A stretch of DNA of 64,000 nucleotides. It comes from Mustelus asterias (Eukaryota). The stretch lies in contig NC_135807.1 in assembly GCF_964213995.1 (NCBI RefSeq), positions 66,340,001 through 66,404,000 on the forward strand, in the 5' to 3' direction. Within the stretch, counting starts at the first letter, position 1, and each line of letters begins with the position of its first letter. Under the pieces are notes generated by a model, which was not told the origin of the DNA, searched no databases, and worked only from the letters and a program-made list of their open reading frames with translations. Below are positions 24,208 to 36,636 of the stretch, piece after piece. The position numbers were made by a program, and so were the translations under genes.

Positions 24208-24935
24208 GGGGTGGGCACCACAATGTCACATTGGCGGGATGGGCTCTGACTGAATCTGCCGCACTAGCAACTTAGTTCTTCAAAATATAAAAATCAACCC
24301 TCCTTCCCCCCCAACCCCCTCCCTGCCAAACACCACCCCCCTCCCCACCCCCCACCCCACCCACCTCACCACTGAACCTCTGGCATCCCCACTCCGCCAC
24401 CACAGAACTGCCACCAGCACTCCTCCCCACCATCAACATGGACCACTCTCCATGGACACAGAAACCCCACCCACGGAACACCCATCCATGCAATAACCTC
24501 CCCCCAGCATGGAACCAGTGGCAGTGCCACTGCATAGTGCCCAGGCAGTGCCAGGGCAGCATCAGGAGAAATACCAGTGGACAGCCCGGGCGTGACCCTC
24601 TCCCCCCACATCCCTGGGGCTGTACTCACCTGTGTGCTTTTGGCCGGTTCTGCTCGCCAGGTGCACCATGCTGGAGACCTGTTGTAATTCACAGCGGCGT
24701 GTCCTCACACTGAGGTGAATGGACAATCCAATGGGGAAGGGGAGAGACTATCAGGCATTAAGGTCTGATAATGATATTTAAATCCAATCAAATAGGGATC
24801 CTGACTTTCGAAGTTGGGATTCCCATTATTAGTGGACAATCAATCTGGGAAATCCCGCTGGCATAAAAGCTGTTTTGGGACTCCACTATTTTGTCTAATG
24901 TGCGGAACCTTTCCTGCCTTGTGGAAATTTGAGCC
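24208..24935. mobile_element. GC-rich decayed non-autonomous DNA element
   Basis: Shares the GGCAGTGCC(A)/GGCACTGCC motifs seen in 15813-16750 and 56280-57297. Ends are degenerate. Confidence 0.5.
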
Positions 24936-25717
24936 ATTGATTTTTCTTCCCTCTTTGATGCAGTCCATGTTGGAGCATAATTCCAGACAGTGGTGCCTTC
25001 CAGCATACTGTCAGAGGAACATTCTTCAAATCTGAGCCTGAACAATAGTTGATCTATTCAACTGTGAAACATCACAATGGCCTAACTTTACTCCAGTAGG
25101 AGTCACTGAGCCGGAATCAAACTCACACACCCTAACCCAGAGATGCTGAACTGCAACACCCTCAATGATGCCCAGGTTGCAATCATTAGCTCAGCACATA
25201 GAATCATAGCTGCAGCTTTCTGCTATGGTTTCTATGATTCTATTTCTGGTCTGTACAACTCAAGCTACAAAAGGGACCTCAACGAATGGCCAGGAAGATT
25301 TTTTTTTAAATTGGGCTTTTTGCTGGTTAAATTCCCATTACTGCAAACTAACTTTCTGCTGCTGGTGTACATCTGAATTTACTAGTACACTTTTCATCAT
25401 CAAAAGCTGGAATTCACAACAAGATCTTTTCAGATTTGTACAAAAATTCGAGAGCCAGATTCAAACGCAGTTTTTGGCTTGAGCTAGTTTCTGAGCAAGT
25501 TATTGAATCTGGCTCCTGCTGAAGGTGCCCGCTGTCTCCGCCTATGAATCAACAGCAGTTTTGTAATTGAGAAAAGTGGCCCTTATTCTGAGATCTGACT
25601 TGGGATCACACAAGTCTTGCTTGCTCATCACTCCCTCTCTCATTGTAGGATCAACAGTTTGGAGATCACTGTATCTCCAAGTACAATATACACATGCCCT
25701 AGAAAGGCTCTGTTTCG

Positions 25718-26227
25718 CAAATTTTTACAGATGTACTATCGAAAGCATCCTTTCCGGATGTGTCACAGCTTGGTATGGCTCCTGCCCTGGCCAAGACCGC
25801 AAGAAACTACAAAGGGTTGTGAACTTAGCCCAGTCCATCATGCAAACCAGCCTCCCATCTTTTGACTCTGTCTACACTTCCCGCTGCCTCGGCAAAGCAG
25901 CCAGCATAATCAAGTACCTCACGCACCCAGGACATTCTCTCTTCCACCTTCTTCTGTCAGGAAAAACATACAAAAGTCTGAGATCATGTACCAACCGACT
26001 CAAGGACAGCTTCTTCCTTGCTGCCATCAGACTTTTGAATGTACCTACCTTATATTAAGTTGATCTTTCTCTACACCCTAGTTATGACTCTAACACTATA
26101 TTCTGCACCCTCTCCTTTCCTTCTCCCCTATGTAGTCTATGAATGGTATATTTTGTCTGTATAGCGCACAAGAAACAATACTTTTCACTGTATCCCAATA
26201 CATGTAGCAATCATAAATCAAATCAAA
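25718..26227 (+). mobile_element. Rex1/Babar LINE 3' fragment
   Basis: NFYRCTIESILSGCVTAWYG..HPGHSLFHLL..TNRLKDSFF.AAIRLLN and an (AAATC)n tail. Confidence 0.92.
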
Positions 26228-26764
26228 GGCTGTAGGTGTATTGAAGGAGGTTATGGAAAAAGTGATAAAGATAACTGTGGATAAGAAATTGGGTCTGAAA
26301 AATCCAGCAGATTTCCAAATGAATAAATCACCAGGCTTTGACATTCACCACAGACTTTTGAATGAAGCCCAAAAGGAAATTTGAGAGACACTGGCTACAA
26401 TTTTGCAATTCTCTTTAAATTGAAGAGATGCCAGTTCTTCAAGAAGAGATGAGAAGTAGCTAATGAATGTCAGTTGTGGGCAAATGCCTGAATATTTAGA
26501 AGTAAATGGATGAACTAAGGATAATCGACACACGTTTGTGAAAATTAAATCGTATTGACAAATTTTGGGGAGAAATCACCAGTTAAGTATTCAATGGGAA
26601 TACACTATGTCGGGCATATGAATTTTCAGATGATTATGGATTAGTTGTCTCAAATGATGAATGATGTTGAGGCTTTGGTAATGACTCAGGAGTAGCCCAC
26701 AAGAGAGATTACAGTTATATATATATAGGACTTTCAAACAGCTATTGACACACTCATTTGGGGC

Positions 26765-26996
26765 ACTCTTCAACCAGAGAGTGGTGAATCTGTGGAACTC
26801 TTTGCCACAGAAGGCTGTGGAGGCCAGGTCATTGAGTGTCTTTAAGATAGAGATAGATAGATTTTTGATTAATAAGGGGATCAGAGGTTATGGGCAAAAA
26901 GCAGGAGAATGGGGATGAGAAAAAAAATAAGCCACGATTGAATGGCGGAGCAGACTCGATGGGCCAAGTGGCCTAATTCTGCTCCTATGTCTTATG
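26765..26996 (+). mobile_element. CR1 LINE 3' end
   Basis: FNQRVVNLWNSLPQKAVEA and tail GAATGGCGGAGCAGACTCGATGGGCC. Confidence 0.88.
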
Positions 26997-28349
26997 GCTG
27001 TGCATGAACACCAATTGCAAGTGGACCCCCACAGATATAAGTGCGAGAATTATTATTTTTCCCAATTTATATCATTGACCTATCTGAAAGACCTGGGATT
27101 TTCATCACGACAATTCTCTATTGTTGTGAAAATCCTGGAAATGGCCAAAAAATCTTAGTCTTGCTCCTGAACCTGCCATTTTCCATCTTCACATGGGGGA
27201 GATTGGAGCTGGGTCGGGGTCTGCACATTTGTAATTTATGGAAGCAGCTGGCCATTTAAATCACCAGCTGCCTCTACTGTAGTGGTATTTTGGAACAACG
27301 GGAATGTGAAATCCAGTGTGTGCAGATTAGAACAGGTAAGAGGATGTCTGAACTTGGTGGATTGTTATGGATAACCAAGATACCCCTCTGGGAGAGGTAA
27401 GGTGCTTCTTTAGGAAAGGCTAGGCACCCTTTTGTATTGTTAAAGGTGAACATGATAATGCACTTTTTATGCAAAAACTCACTGGAACTGTCCGACTAAC
27501 AAAGAGCTGTCCAGCTGTCAAAGCTATCCATGTAGTGCTAAAGCTTTCAGGGAACTGTCCAAGGACATGAGGTATGCTGCATAGAGGGGGTAAGGGCAAA
27601 GGGTGGAGGGGAATGGGTTGGCATGAATTGGCACTTAGCATAGGGAGTATAGGGGCCTATTTATTTTATTAGTATTGAGGGTGGGTAGAAGATAACTAAG
27701 TTGGCATAGGGTTGTGGGGGCCAGACGGGTGGGTGGGGTATGTGTTGGCATAGGTGGCATTGATCAGGCATAGGGAGTCTGTGGGTTGTTGGGGAGGGTT
27801 GTTAGAATTGGCAGAATGTTTTTTGTTTTATTATTATTGGGCCTGAATTCCCTTGGTGTGGCCACGAGCATTGAATTGCCACTCCATTCCCAATTTCTTA
27901 CTTTAAATTTGTCAATCCTATTTCACCCCGTCTCAAGCTGGGCGAAATCCAGGCTGTGCAGCAAGTTCCTGGGATCTAGCATCGAAGTGCAGCTGAGTCA
28001 AAGGGAAGAAGTCCATGTCTCCTTTTTTATGGCATTAGGTCCATTGAGGTTTAAAGGTCCTGACTGGCCAGGGAGAAGATGTGTAAGGTAAGTTGATATG
28101 AATTGAGATGGGGGGATTTGGAGGTCTGGGGTGGGGTGGGGGTTGGTTAAGAGGTGGGGGGGTCAGAGGTCAGGGAGGGTCAGAGATCAATGGTTTGGAG
28201 GTGGAGGGAATCAGAGACGGTGGGAGTTGGATGGGGGGTTGGAGGTCGACAGGCCAGAAAGTCAAAGGGGGCTTGCGTCAGGCTTTGGGTGTGGAGGTGT
28301 CGGGCAGGGAGGGGTCAGGTCTGCAGAGGGTGGTGAGAGTCAGGCCTGG

Positions 28350-29160
28350 TGGACAAGGGAGAACAATTCTTCGGGCCTCAACTATTTGCAATCTACGTTA
28401 ATGACTTGGATGCAGGGATAGAATGCACTGTAGCCAAATTTACAGCCGACACTAAAATAGGTGGGAAAGCAAGTTGCAATGAGGAAATAGGACATTTGCA
28501 AATGGATATGGATAGGTTGTCAGTGGGCCAAAATTTGGCAGATGGAATTTAACGTGGATAAGTGAGGTTATCCATTTTGGTCAGAGGAATAAAAAGGCAA
28601 AATTATCTAAATGGAGAGAAACTTTATTGCAGAGGGATTTGCGTATTCTCATGCATGAATTGCAGAAAATTAGTGTGCAGGTGCAGCATGTAATAAGGAA
28701 GGCAAATAGAATTTTAGCATTCATTGCTAATGGAAAAAGTATAAAAGTAGTGAAGTGCTGTTGCAACTATACAGAGCATCGGGAGTGCGGCGCACAGTTC
28801 TGGTCCCCTTACTTGAGGAAGGATGTAAATGCATTCGAGGCAGTTCAAAGGTTCACTAGGTTGATTCCAGTGATGAAGGAGTTGTCTTATGAAGAGACAT
28901 TGAGCAGATGAGGCCGATATTCGCTGGAGTTTAGAAGATAGAGGAAACCTAATTAAGGTATAAAAGATGCTAAGTGGGTTTGACAGGATAGCTGTAGAGC
29001 CGATGTTTCCCTTGTTGGACATTCTAGAATGAGAAGCCATAATTTTAGGATAAGGATAGCAGATTTAAAAAAGAAATGAGAAGGAATTACTTCACACAGA
29101 ATGTCATGAATCTAGAATTCTCCTGAATCTAGAATACTGCTCCTAATTCTTACGTTCTAA
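28350..29160 (+). mobile_element. Degraded CR1 LINE fragment
   Basis: GPQLFAIYVNDLD..KFTADTKIGG and QFWSPYLRKDV motifs. Confidence 0.88.
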
Positions 29161-29685
29161 TGTGTGACTGGTGGAATCCTGTGGGTTGAGGAGTTCCTGT
29201 TGGGGGTTGTTCCTCGTGGGCAGGGGAAGAACTGTGGCAGGGGCAATAGTTTGTCGGGGGGGGGGGGGGAGGTGAGTCCCTTGGTTGATCTTTGGGGATT
29301 GAGTGGGGGAGTCGCCTGGGTCTACAATACTTGCCCAGAAGTTAAAAGTTGTTTTAATACTTGAGACATTTTCTGGGTAATTATGTAATCTAGTTGGGAC
29401 CAACCAAAGTTTGCGAGTTAAATCACATTTTCAGATGGCTACCTCTGCGGCGTAATTGCCCAGGAAAAGTTTGCACTTCTGGGCAATTGTCTTGTTCACC
29501 TTACCTGATAACATTTGAAAGAAATTCCCCCTCAAACTCAACCTGGAGTTCTGAAGTTACAGCCTATTTTAATTTAATTCAGCACAGCGCTGAAGCACAG
29601 AAGGCGGTCTTGCGCCAGCCCACCTCTGCACTCAGCAGCCCGCAGATTCATTCTAGGGTCATCCGCCCTGACTCAACTTTCAATT

Positions 29686-29907
29686 ACAGTAAGAAGTCTC
29701 ACAACACCAGGTTAAAGTCCAACAGGTTTATTTGGTAGCAAATACCATAAGCTTTTGGAGCGCTGCCCCTTCGTCAGATGGAGAGGAGGGGCAGCGCTCC
29801 GAAAGCTTATGGTATTTGCTACCAAATAAACCTGTTGGACTTTAATCTGGTGTTGTGAGACTTCTTACTGTGCTTACCCCAGTCCAACGCTGGCATCTCC
29901 ACATCAT
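29686..29907. mobile_element. Inverted-repeat PLE pLTR insertion (family 2) with HHR remnants
   Basis: 85-bp arms at 29686-29770 and 29787-29871 with 2 mismatches. 10-bp direct repeat CTTTCAATTA at 29677-29686 and 29917-29926. Confidence 0.92.
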
Positions 29908-29994
29908 GACTATCATCTTTCAATTAGCCAGGTATAGCTTGCTTTTTTAGAAGTCAATGCTATTTGTTTCAAACTGAGCAACTTGACCCACAAG

Positions 29995-30630
29995 AATACA
30001 AAAGCAGGGATGTACTGCTGAGGATTCATAAGGCTCTGGCTCGACCACATTTGGAATTTTGTGAGCAATTTTGGGTCCCATATTTAAGGAAGGATGTGCT
30101 GGCCATGGAGAGGGTCCAGAGGAGGTAATGAGAATGATCCCAGGAATTAAGGGTTTGATGCATGAGGAGCGTTTGAGGTCTCTGGGTCTGTACTGAATGG
30201 AGTTTAGAAGGACTTGGGGGTGGGGTGGGGGGGGGGGGGGTGGCGGTGTTGGTGGGGGGGAGGTGGGATCTCATTGAAACTTACAGAATGCTGAAAGGCC
30301 TGGATAGAGTGGATGTGGAGCAGATGTTTCCATGAGTAGGAGAGACTAGGATCTGAGGGCATAGCCTCAGAGTAAAAGGATGACCCTTTAGAACTGAGAT
30401 GAGGAGGAATTTTTTCAGTCAGGGGGGTGGTGAATTTGTAGAATTCATTGCCACAGGTGGCTGTGGAGACCAGGTCATTGAATGTATTTAAAACAGAAAT
30501 AGATAGGTTCTTGATTGGTAAAGGGATGAAGGTTACGAGGAAAAGATAGGAAAATGGGGTTGAGAAAAATATCAGCCATGATTGAATGGCAGAGCAAACA
30601 CGATGGGCCGAGTGGCCTAATCCTGCCCTC
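29995..30630 (+). mobile_element. CR1 LINE 3' fragment
   Basis: ALARPHLEFCEQFWVPYLRKDV and a CR1 tail, with an expanded G tract at ~30215-30267. Confidence 0.88.
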
Positions 30631-30929
30631 CCCCCACCTCCTCCTCGGTTGATCATCAGGCTGCTGTACTCTAGTCGTGCGAACAATGGATACCATCAAT
30701 TTTTCGTGATCAGTACAATTCATTATAAAATGTGTGAGGACATTGCCACAACTTTCTGACAAGACAAACTTGTGTCATATTCTATCAAATAATGATAATG
30801 TAGAGCTTCAGAAACTGCAATTGTCTTCATAAAGCTCAATCCAAGTATGCAATTATCCCTGAATATATTACAAAATATTGTATAATACTTACTCTTCAGG
30901 TACAGAGGAAGGAGTGTGTGCCATCTTTA

Positions 30930-31195
30930 TGGTAATACCAAACTAGAGGTCATAAATTCAAATCCAACCACATGGAAAATTATGAAACTTAATCAATAAA
31001 TCTAGCAATTTGTAGGTCGGCATCAGAAACAAAATGGCAATGCAAGTTAAAGTTTGATGTAAATACACAACAGTCACTAGTGTCCTCGAAGAGTAAGAAC
31101 CCGCTAGCCCTAAGTACTCTGGCCTACACACCACATATATCTAGTCTTACACTATATGGTTGACTATTAATTCACTTTGAAGTAGCCTAGCAAAG
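30930..31195 (+). mobile_element. Old family-B SINE
   Basis: Degenerate match to 1569-1959 (CACTAGTGTCC..GGCCTACA..TGGTTGACTATTAA..GCCTAGCAA). A tail-like piece follows at ~31545-31630. Confidence 0.55.
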
Positions 31196-31210
31196 GATGC
31201 ACACATCCTT

Positions 31211-31511
31211 TGGCACGGTGGCACAGTGGTTAGCACTGCTGCCTCACAGCACCAAGGACCCATGTTCAATTCCGGCCTCGGGTGACTGTATGGAGTTTGC
31301 ACATTCTCCCCGTGTCTGCGTGGGTTTCCTCCGGATGCTCCAGTTTCCTCTCACAGTCCAAAGATGTGTGGATTAGGTTGATTGGCCCTTAGTATCAGAG
31401 AGACTTGCGGGTTAATGCATGGGTTTGTGGGGATGGTGTCTGGGTGGGATTGTTGTCGGTGCAGGCTTGATGGGCTGAGTGGCCTCCTTCTGCACTGTGG
31501 AGATTCTATGA
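31211..31511 (+). mobile_element. HE1 V-SINE
   Basis: GGCACGGTGGCACAGTGGTTAGCACTGCTGCC head, V-domain and CR1-type tail. Confidence 0.92.
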
Positions 31512-33191
31512 TTGAAAAAGTTCCGACCTTAAATAGCGGGCCCACCACCATCTCCTCGGGGCAACTAGGGTTGGGGAATGAATGGGGATCTTGCCAATGT
31601 CATTCAAAGCCCAAGACCAAATAAAAAAAACATGTTTCCACAGTTCTGGTGCCAAGCCTCAGGAATGTCTTCTTCAAGGTGATGACAGATTTCTGTGTTT
31701 AGTGTGGTGAAAGTACATATATGGGGCAGTTTACAGCATAAGAATCAACTTGATTTTCCAGGAAATGAAGGCAAATGCTGCGTACCAGACTGACTTGACA
31801 CGACTACCCAATCTATGTCTTATCTGAGGGGATTTGATAACGAGATGAGAAGTTACAATGATGCGTGCTGCGGAAAGTAATTCTGATTTTGGGCCAAAGG
31901 AAAGGCAACTGCACCTTGTACCTCATTTAGGAGTGCTTACTGTTGGCTCTTAGAGCCAAATTACAAACATTCTGTTTCACAGCATTGACGTTTCTTACGT
32001 TATGGAAAGTTAACAAAAATATAAATTTCATAACAATTGAAGAAAGGTTAATGAGGTCATCACTTAGCTACATGTAAATAGGTTCTATTGAATCAAGTGG
32101 AAATGATTATACATCATCTGGCCTCTGCTTTAAAGTACCATCTATAGTGAGTCCTAGAGTAAATAGCATCGTGGCAAAACAATTGCTTTTGCAACCAAGA
32201 TAAATTTGGAAATACTTGATTGAGACCCATGAAGGTATAAGGAATGATTTATGATGAGGGCGGAGCTTTATAATCTAAATGATCCAATACCTGAGAAGAA
32301 TAAACCAGTAAGAAATCTAAAATCTGATCACGTGGCTGTGGTTGAACACGTATTAGAAATGAACAAATTAGAATGCAAGGTCAAGCTGAGCCTTAGCTGG
32401 TCCAAAAGGCTGAATTGGCTCGACTAAGCTCATTTTGAGCCAAGATCATAAAACACAATATTCCACAAAGAAACAAAAAAAAATTATTTCACTCAATGTT
32501 AAGTGGGACAAAGTTGCTTTTCTATGAAATAATTCAGGTTTTTGCTTTTCTTATTTTTCATGTTATATGCTTTTGAAACTATTGGGATATTTTTATTTCT
32601 TTCTGATACATATTTTCCCTCATTTTCACTTATTAACTAGTGTCAACGATTCTTCTTTTATCATTGCCTATTTCACGTCAAATATATTATTTATGTATTC
32701 TTGCTTTCACATTTTTAAAGCAGATGGGGACAATTAGGTGGAGCTGTTGATCATCTCAATCTGGACCTATTTATACAACCACTTATAGAAATAAGTAGAC
32801 GGATATTCATCAAGAAAAAAAATCTCTCAATGAATGCATTGATTCTGGCTAACATCAAATAGGCGCTTCTGTTTCTGTGATCCAGGATAATAGAAGTTGA
32901 GGCCTCATGACAGTGTCATGTAGTACGACAAAGCCAATTTTCTTATTATCTAAATTACTATTGTATGTCATTGGTGGGCATCCTTTTGGATTACCTGCCT
33001 TGGGTGGTGGTAAAAGAATTTATTGCACTACACTGCCTCAACGCAAGTTGTGCTGCAGTCCCAAGCCAATGCTGTTGGTTTTCCATTTGGCCAATTTCCT
33101 GAAAGCAACTGACTGTGTCGCCAGTGAGCACATGATGGGAAATGTGTCGGCGACTTAAAATCAGGATTCCTGATGGTGAACAGAAGAAACG

Positions 33192-35745
33192 TATGTAGAA
33201 AATAAAAGCAGGAATAGGCCATTTAGCCCTTTGAGCCTGCTTCACCATTCATTATGATCATGGTTGATCATCAAATTAAATATCCTGATTCCACCATCCC
33301 CCACATTCCTTGATCCCTTTAGCCCCAAGAGCTATATCTAATGCCTTCTTGAAATCACACAACATTTTGGCCTCAACCACTTTCTGTGATAGTGAATTCT
33401 GGTGAACTGGTGCAACGATAATAATCTCTCCCTCAATGTCGACAAAATGAAGGAGATTGTCATCGATTTCAGGAAGCGTAGAGGAGAACATGCCCCGGTC
33501 TACATCAATGGGGACGAAGTAGAAATGGGCGAAAGCTTCAAGCTCACCAAAACCTGTCCTGGTCTCCCCATGCTGACACTATAGTTAAGTAAGTCCACCA
33601 ATGCATCTACTTTCTCAGAAGATTAAGGAAATTTAGCATGTCAGCTATGACTCTCACCAACCTTTACAGATGCACCATAGAAAGCATTCTTTCTGAATGT
33701 ATTGCAGCTTGGTATGACTCCTGCTCTGCCCAAGACCGCAAGAAACTACAAAAGGTCGTGAATGTAACCCAATCCATCAATCAAACCAGCCTCCCATCCA
33801 TTGACTCTGTCTACACTTCCCGCTGCCTCGGCAAAGCAGCCAGCATAATTAAGAACCCCACACCACCCCGGACATTCTCTCTTCCACCTTCTTCCATCGG
33901 AAAAAGATACAAAAGTCTGAGGTCATGCACCAACCGACTCAAGAACAGCTTCTTCCCTGCTGCCATCAGACTTTTGAATGGACCTACCTTGCATTAAGTT
34001 GATCTTTCTCTGCACCCTAGCTATGACTAACACTACATTCTGCAATCTCTCATTTCCTTCTCTATGAACGGTATGTTTTGTCTGTATAACGCGCAAGAAA
34101 CAATACTTTTCACCGTATGTTAATACATGTGACAATAATAAATCAAATCAAATCAAGTCAAATGCATAGATTCATCACTCTCTTGGTGAAGAAATTTCTC
34201 CTTACCTCAATCCTAAAAGGTTTACCCCTTATCTTCAAATTATGACCCCTAGTTCTGGACTCCCCCACCTTCATGAACATTAGTTCTGAACCTACCTTGT
34301 CTAATCCTGTTAGAATGTTATAACTTTCTATAAGATCCCCTTTCACTCTTCTAAACTCCAATGAATATAATCCCAACTGATTTACTCTTTCCTCATATGA
34401 CAGACCTGCCATCCCAGGAATCAGCCTGGTAAAACTTCACTGCACTCTCTCTATAGCAAGGACATTCTTCCTCAGATAAGGAAAACAATGCTCCAGGTGT
34501 GGTCTCACCAATGCCCTATACAATTGCAGCAAAAATTTCCTATTCCTATACTCAAATCCTCTCGCGATAAAGGCCAACATACCATTTGCCTTCTTTACTG
34601 CCTTCTGTACCTGCACGCTTACTTTCAGCAACTGATGCATGTGGACACCAAGGTCTTGCAATTCAAGTAATAATCTGCCTTCCTATTTTTGCTACTGAAT
34701 TGGATAACCTCATATTTATCCACATTATACTGCATCTGCCATGCATATGCTCACTCACTCAGTCTGTCCAAATCACGCTGAAGCATCCCTGAATCCTCCT
34801 CACAGCTCACCTTTCTATCTAACTTTGTATCATCTGCAAATTTAGAGATAATACATTTAGTTCCCTCTTCCAAACCATTAATATATAATGTGAACAGTTG
34901 GGGTCCTAGCATAGATCCCTGTGGAGCCCCACTAGTCACTGCCTGCCAATTGGAAAAAGACCCATTTATTCCAACTCTTTGTTTCCTATCTGCTAACCAG
35001 CTTTCTATCCATCTCAAGACACTATCCATAATCCCATGGTTTTAGCTTTACATAATGATCTGCTATGCAAGACTTTGCTGAAAGCCCTTTGAATGTCTAG
35101 ATAACCCATATCCACCATTTCTCCCTGGTCAACTCTACCAGTTACATCCTCAAAGAATTCCAGTAGATTTGTCAAGCATGATTTCCCTTTCATAAATCCA
35201 TGCTGACTTAGTCCGATTATACCACTGCTCTCCATGTGCTGTGCTATGAAATCCTTGATAATGAACTCTAGCAACTCCCCGACTACCGATGTTAAGCTCA
35301 CTGGTCTATAGTTCCTTGTTTTCTCTCTACCTCCCTTTCTGAAAAGCGAGTTTACATTAGTCACCCTCCAATCTGTATGAACCATTCCAGAATCCAAAGC
35401 ATTTTGAAAAATAACCACCAATGGATCTACTATCTCTAGGGCCACTTTCTTAAGTACTCTGAGATGTAGATTATCAGACCCCGGGGAATTACCCACCTTC
35501 AGTCTCATTAATTTCCCCAAAACCATTTCTCTACTAATCCTGATTTCCTTCACCTCTTCACAAAAAAACTTGGGTTTCTCTAAATTTGCTGTACATTATT
35601 CATGTTTTCCTTTGTGAAGACAGAAGCAAAGTATGAATTTAGTTCCTCAGCCATTTCTTTGTTCGCCATTATGAATTCCCCCATTTCTAACTGTAAGGGG
35701 CCTCCATTTGTTTTTGTCAATCTTTTTCTCTTTACGGACCTATAT
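33192..35745 (-). mobile_element. CR1 LINE (older subfamily) split by a Rex1/Babar insertion
   Basis: Minus-strand ORFs 35014-35553, 34751-35029, 34437-34661 and 34158-34412 carry RT motifs. The 3' end resumes at 33399-33192. Confidence 0.93.
33400..34158 (+). mobile_element. Rex1/Babar LINE 3' part
   Basis: WCNDNNLSLNVDKMKEIVIDFRK, YRCTIESIL..AIRLLN and an (AAATC)n tail. Confidence 0.93.
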
Positions 35746-36636
35746 TAGATATATAAAAGAGGCAGGTGTGCAGGCTTTTACCCCAGATAATAGGCCTTTT
35801 TTAGTCCAAGATGGGTTGTTTCAAAAATACTGCTCCTGTAGCCAAGGGTGTGATGCAGGCTTTACAAGAGATACTGACTATATCTACATTTTATTTTGGG
35901 AGCAAGAGTAAATTTGCTGTTTGGTGTACATGCAATTGATGGTATTCTTGAATATTCTGTTTTCGTTTTTGGAGGTTACATATGTGGATTAAACATAAAC
36001 CGTAAGGCCCAGATTTCCTTGCCTCCATCCATGTCGGAACAGAGGACGGGATTTAAAAATGGCGGACAGGACCCAATTTTAGAATTCCCACCCCTATTCC
36101 TGGTGAGTCGAATTTTTACTGTCATGGGAAAAGACAGCGGGCAGCAAGCCTGTGCTCAGCAATCCTGCCCTTGCCTATTCCACTGCAGGAGTGGTTATTT
36201 TAGATGCCCACTATATTCATGGAATTGGGGCAGTTATGTTAGTTCATGGCCATGCAGAGGAGTTGTGACCCAAGGGGGAACTCCAGCCCAAAGTGAGGAA
36301 TCCATAAAAATTGATTTTTATGGAATTCTTTTGTTAGGTTTCGAAATCTAAAAAAAACCCCTACCTTCAGTTTTAACATTTAGATACTGTATTGTAAATT
36401 AGATATGATGGAGGTGATATGGGTGACATGGAGGTAACATGTGAAATATGAGAGGATCTGAGGTATATGGCGTAGGCGAAGGGTCTGAGGGGGTAAGGAG
36501 TTTGAGGCCTTGGCATTCATAATTAAAGCTGGTCCAATGTCCCAGTATGTCGAATCTGGTGTTTTAACATGCCTCCATTACCACCAGGTTGTTGGTGATC
36601 TGGACACCTAAAAGCTTGAAGCTCTCGACCCTTTCT

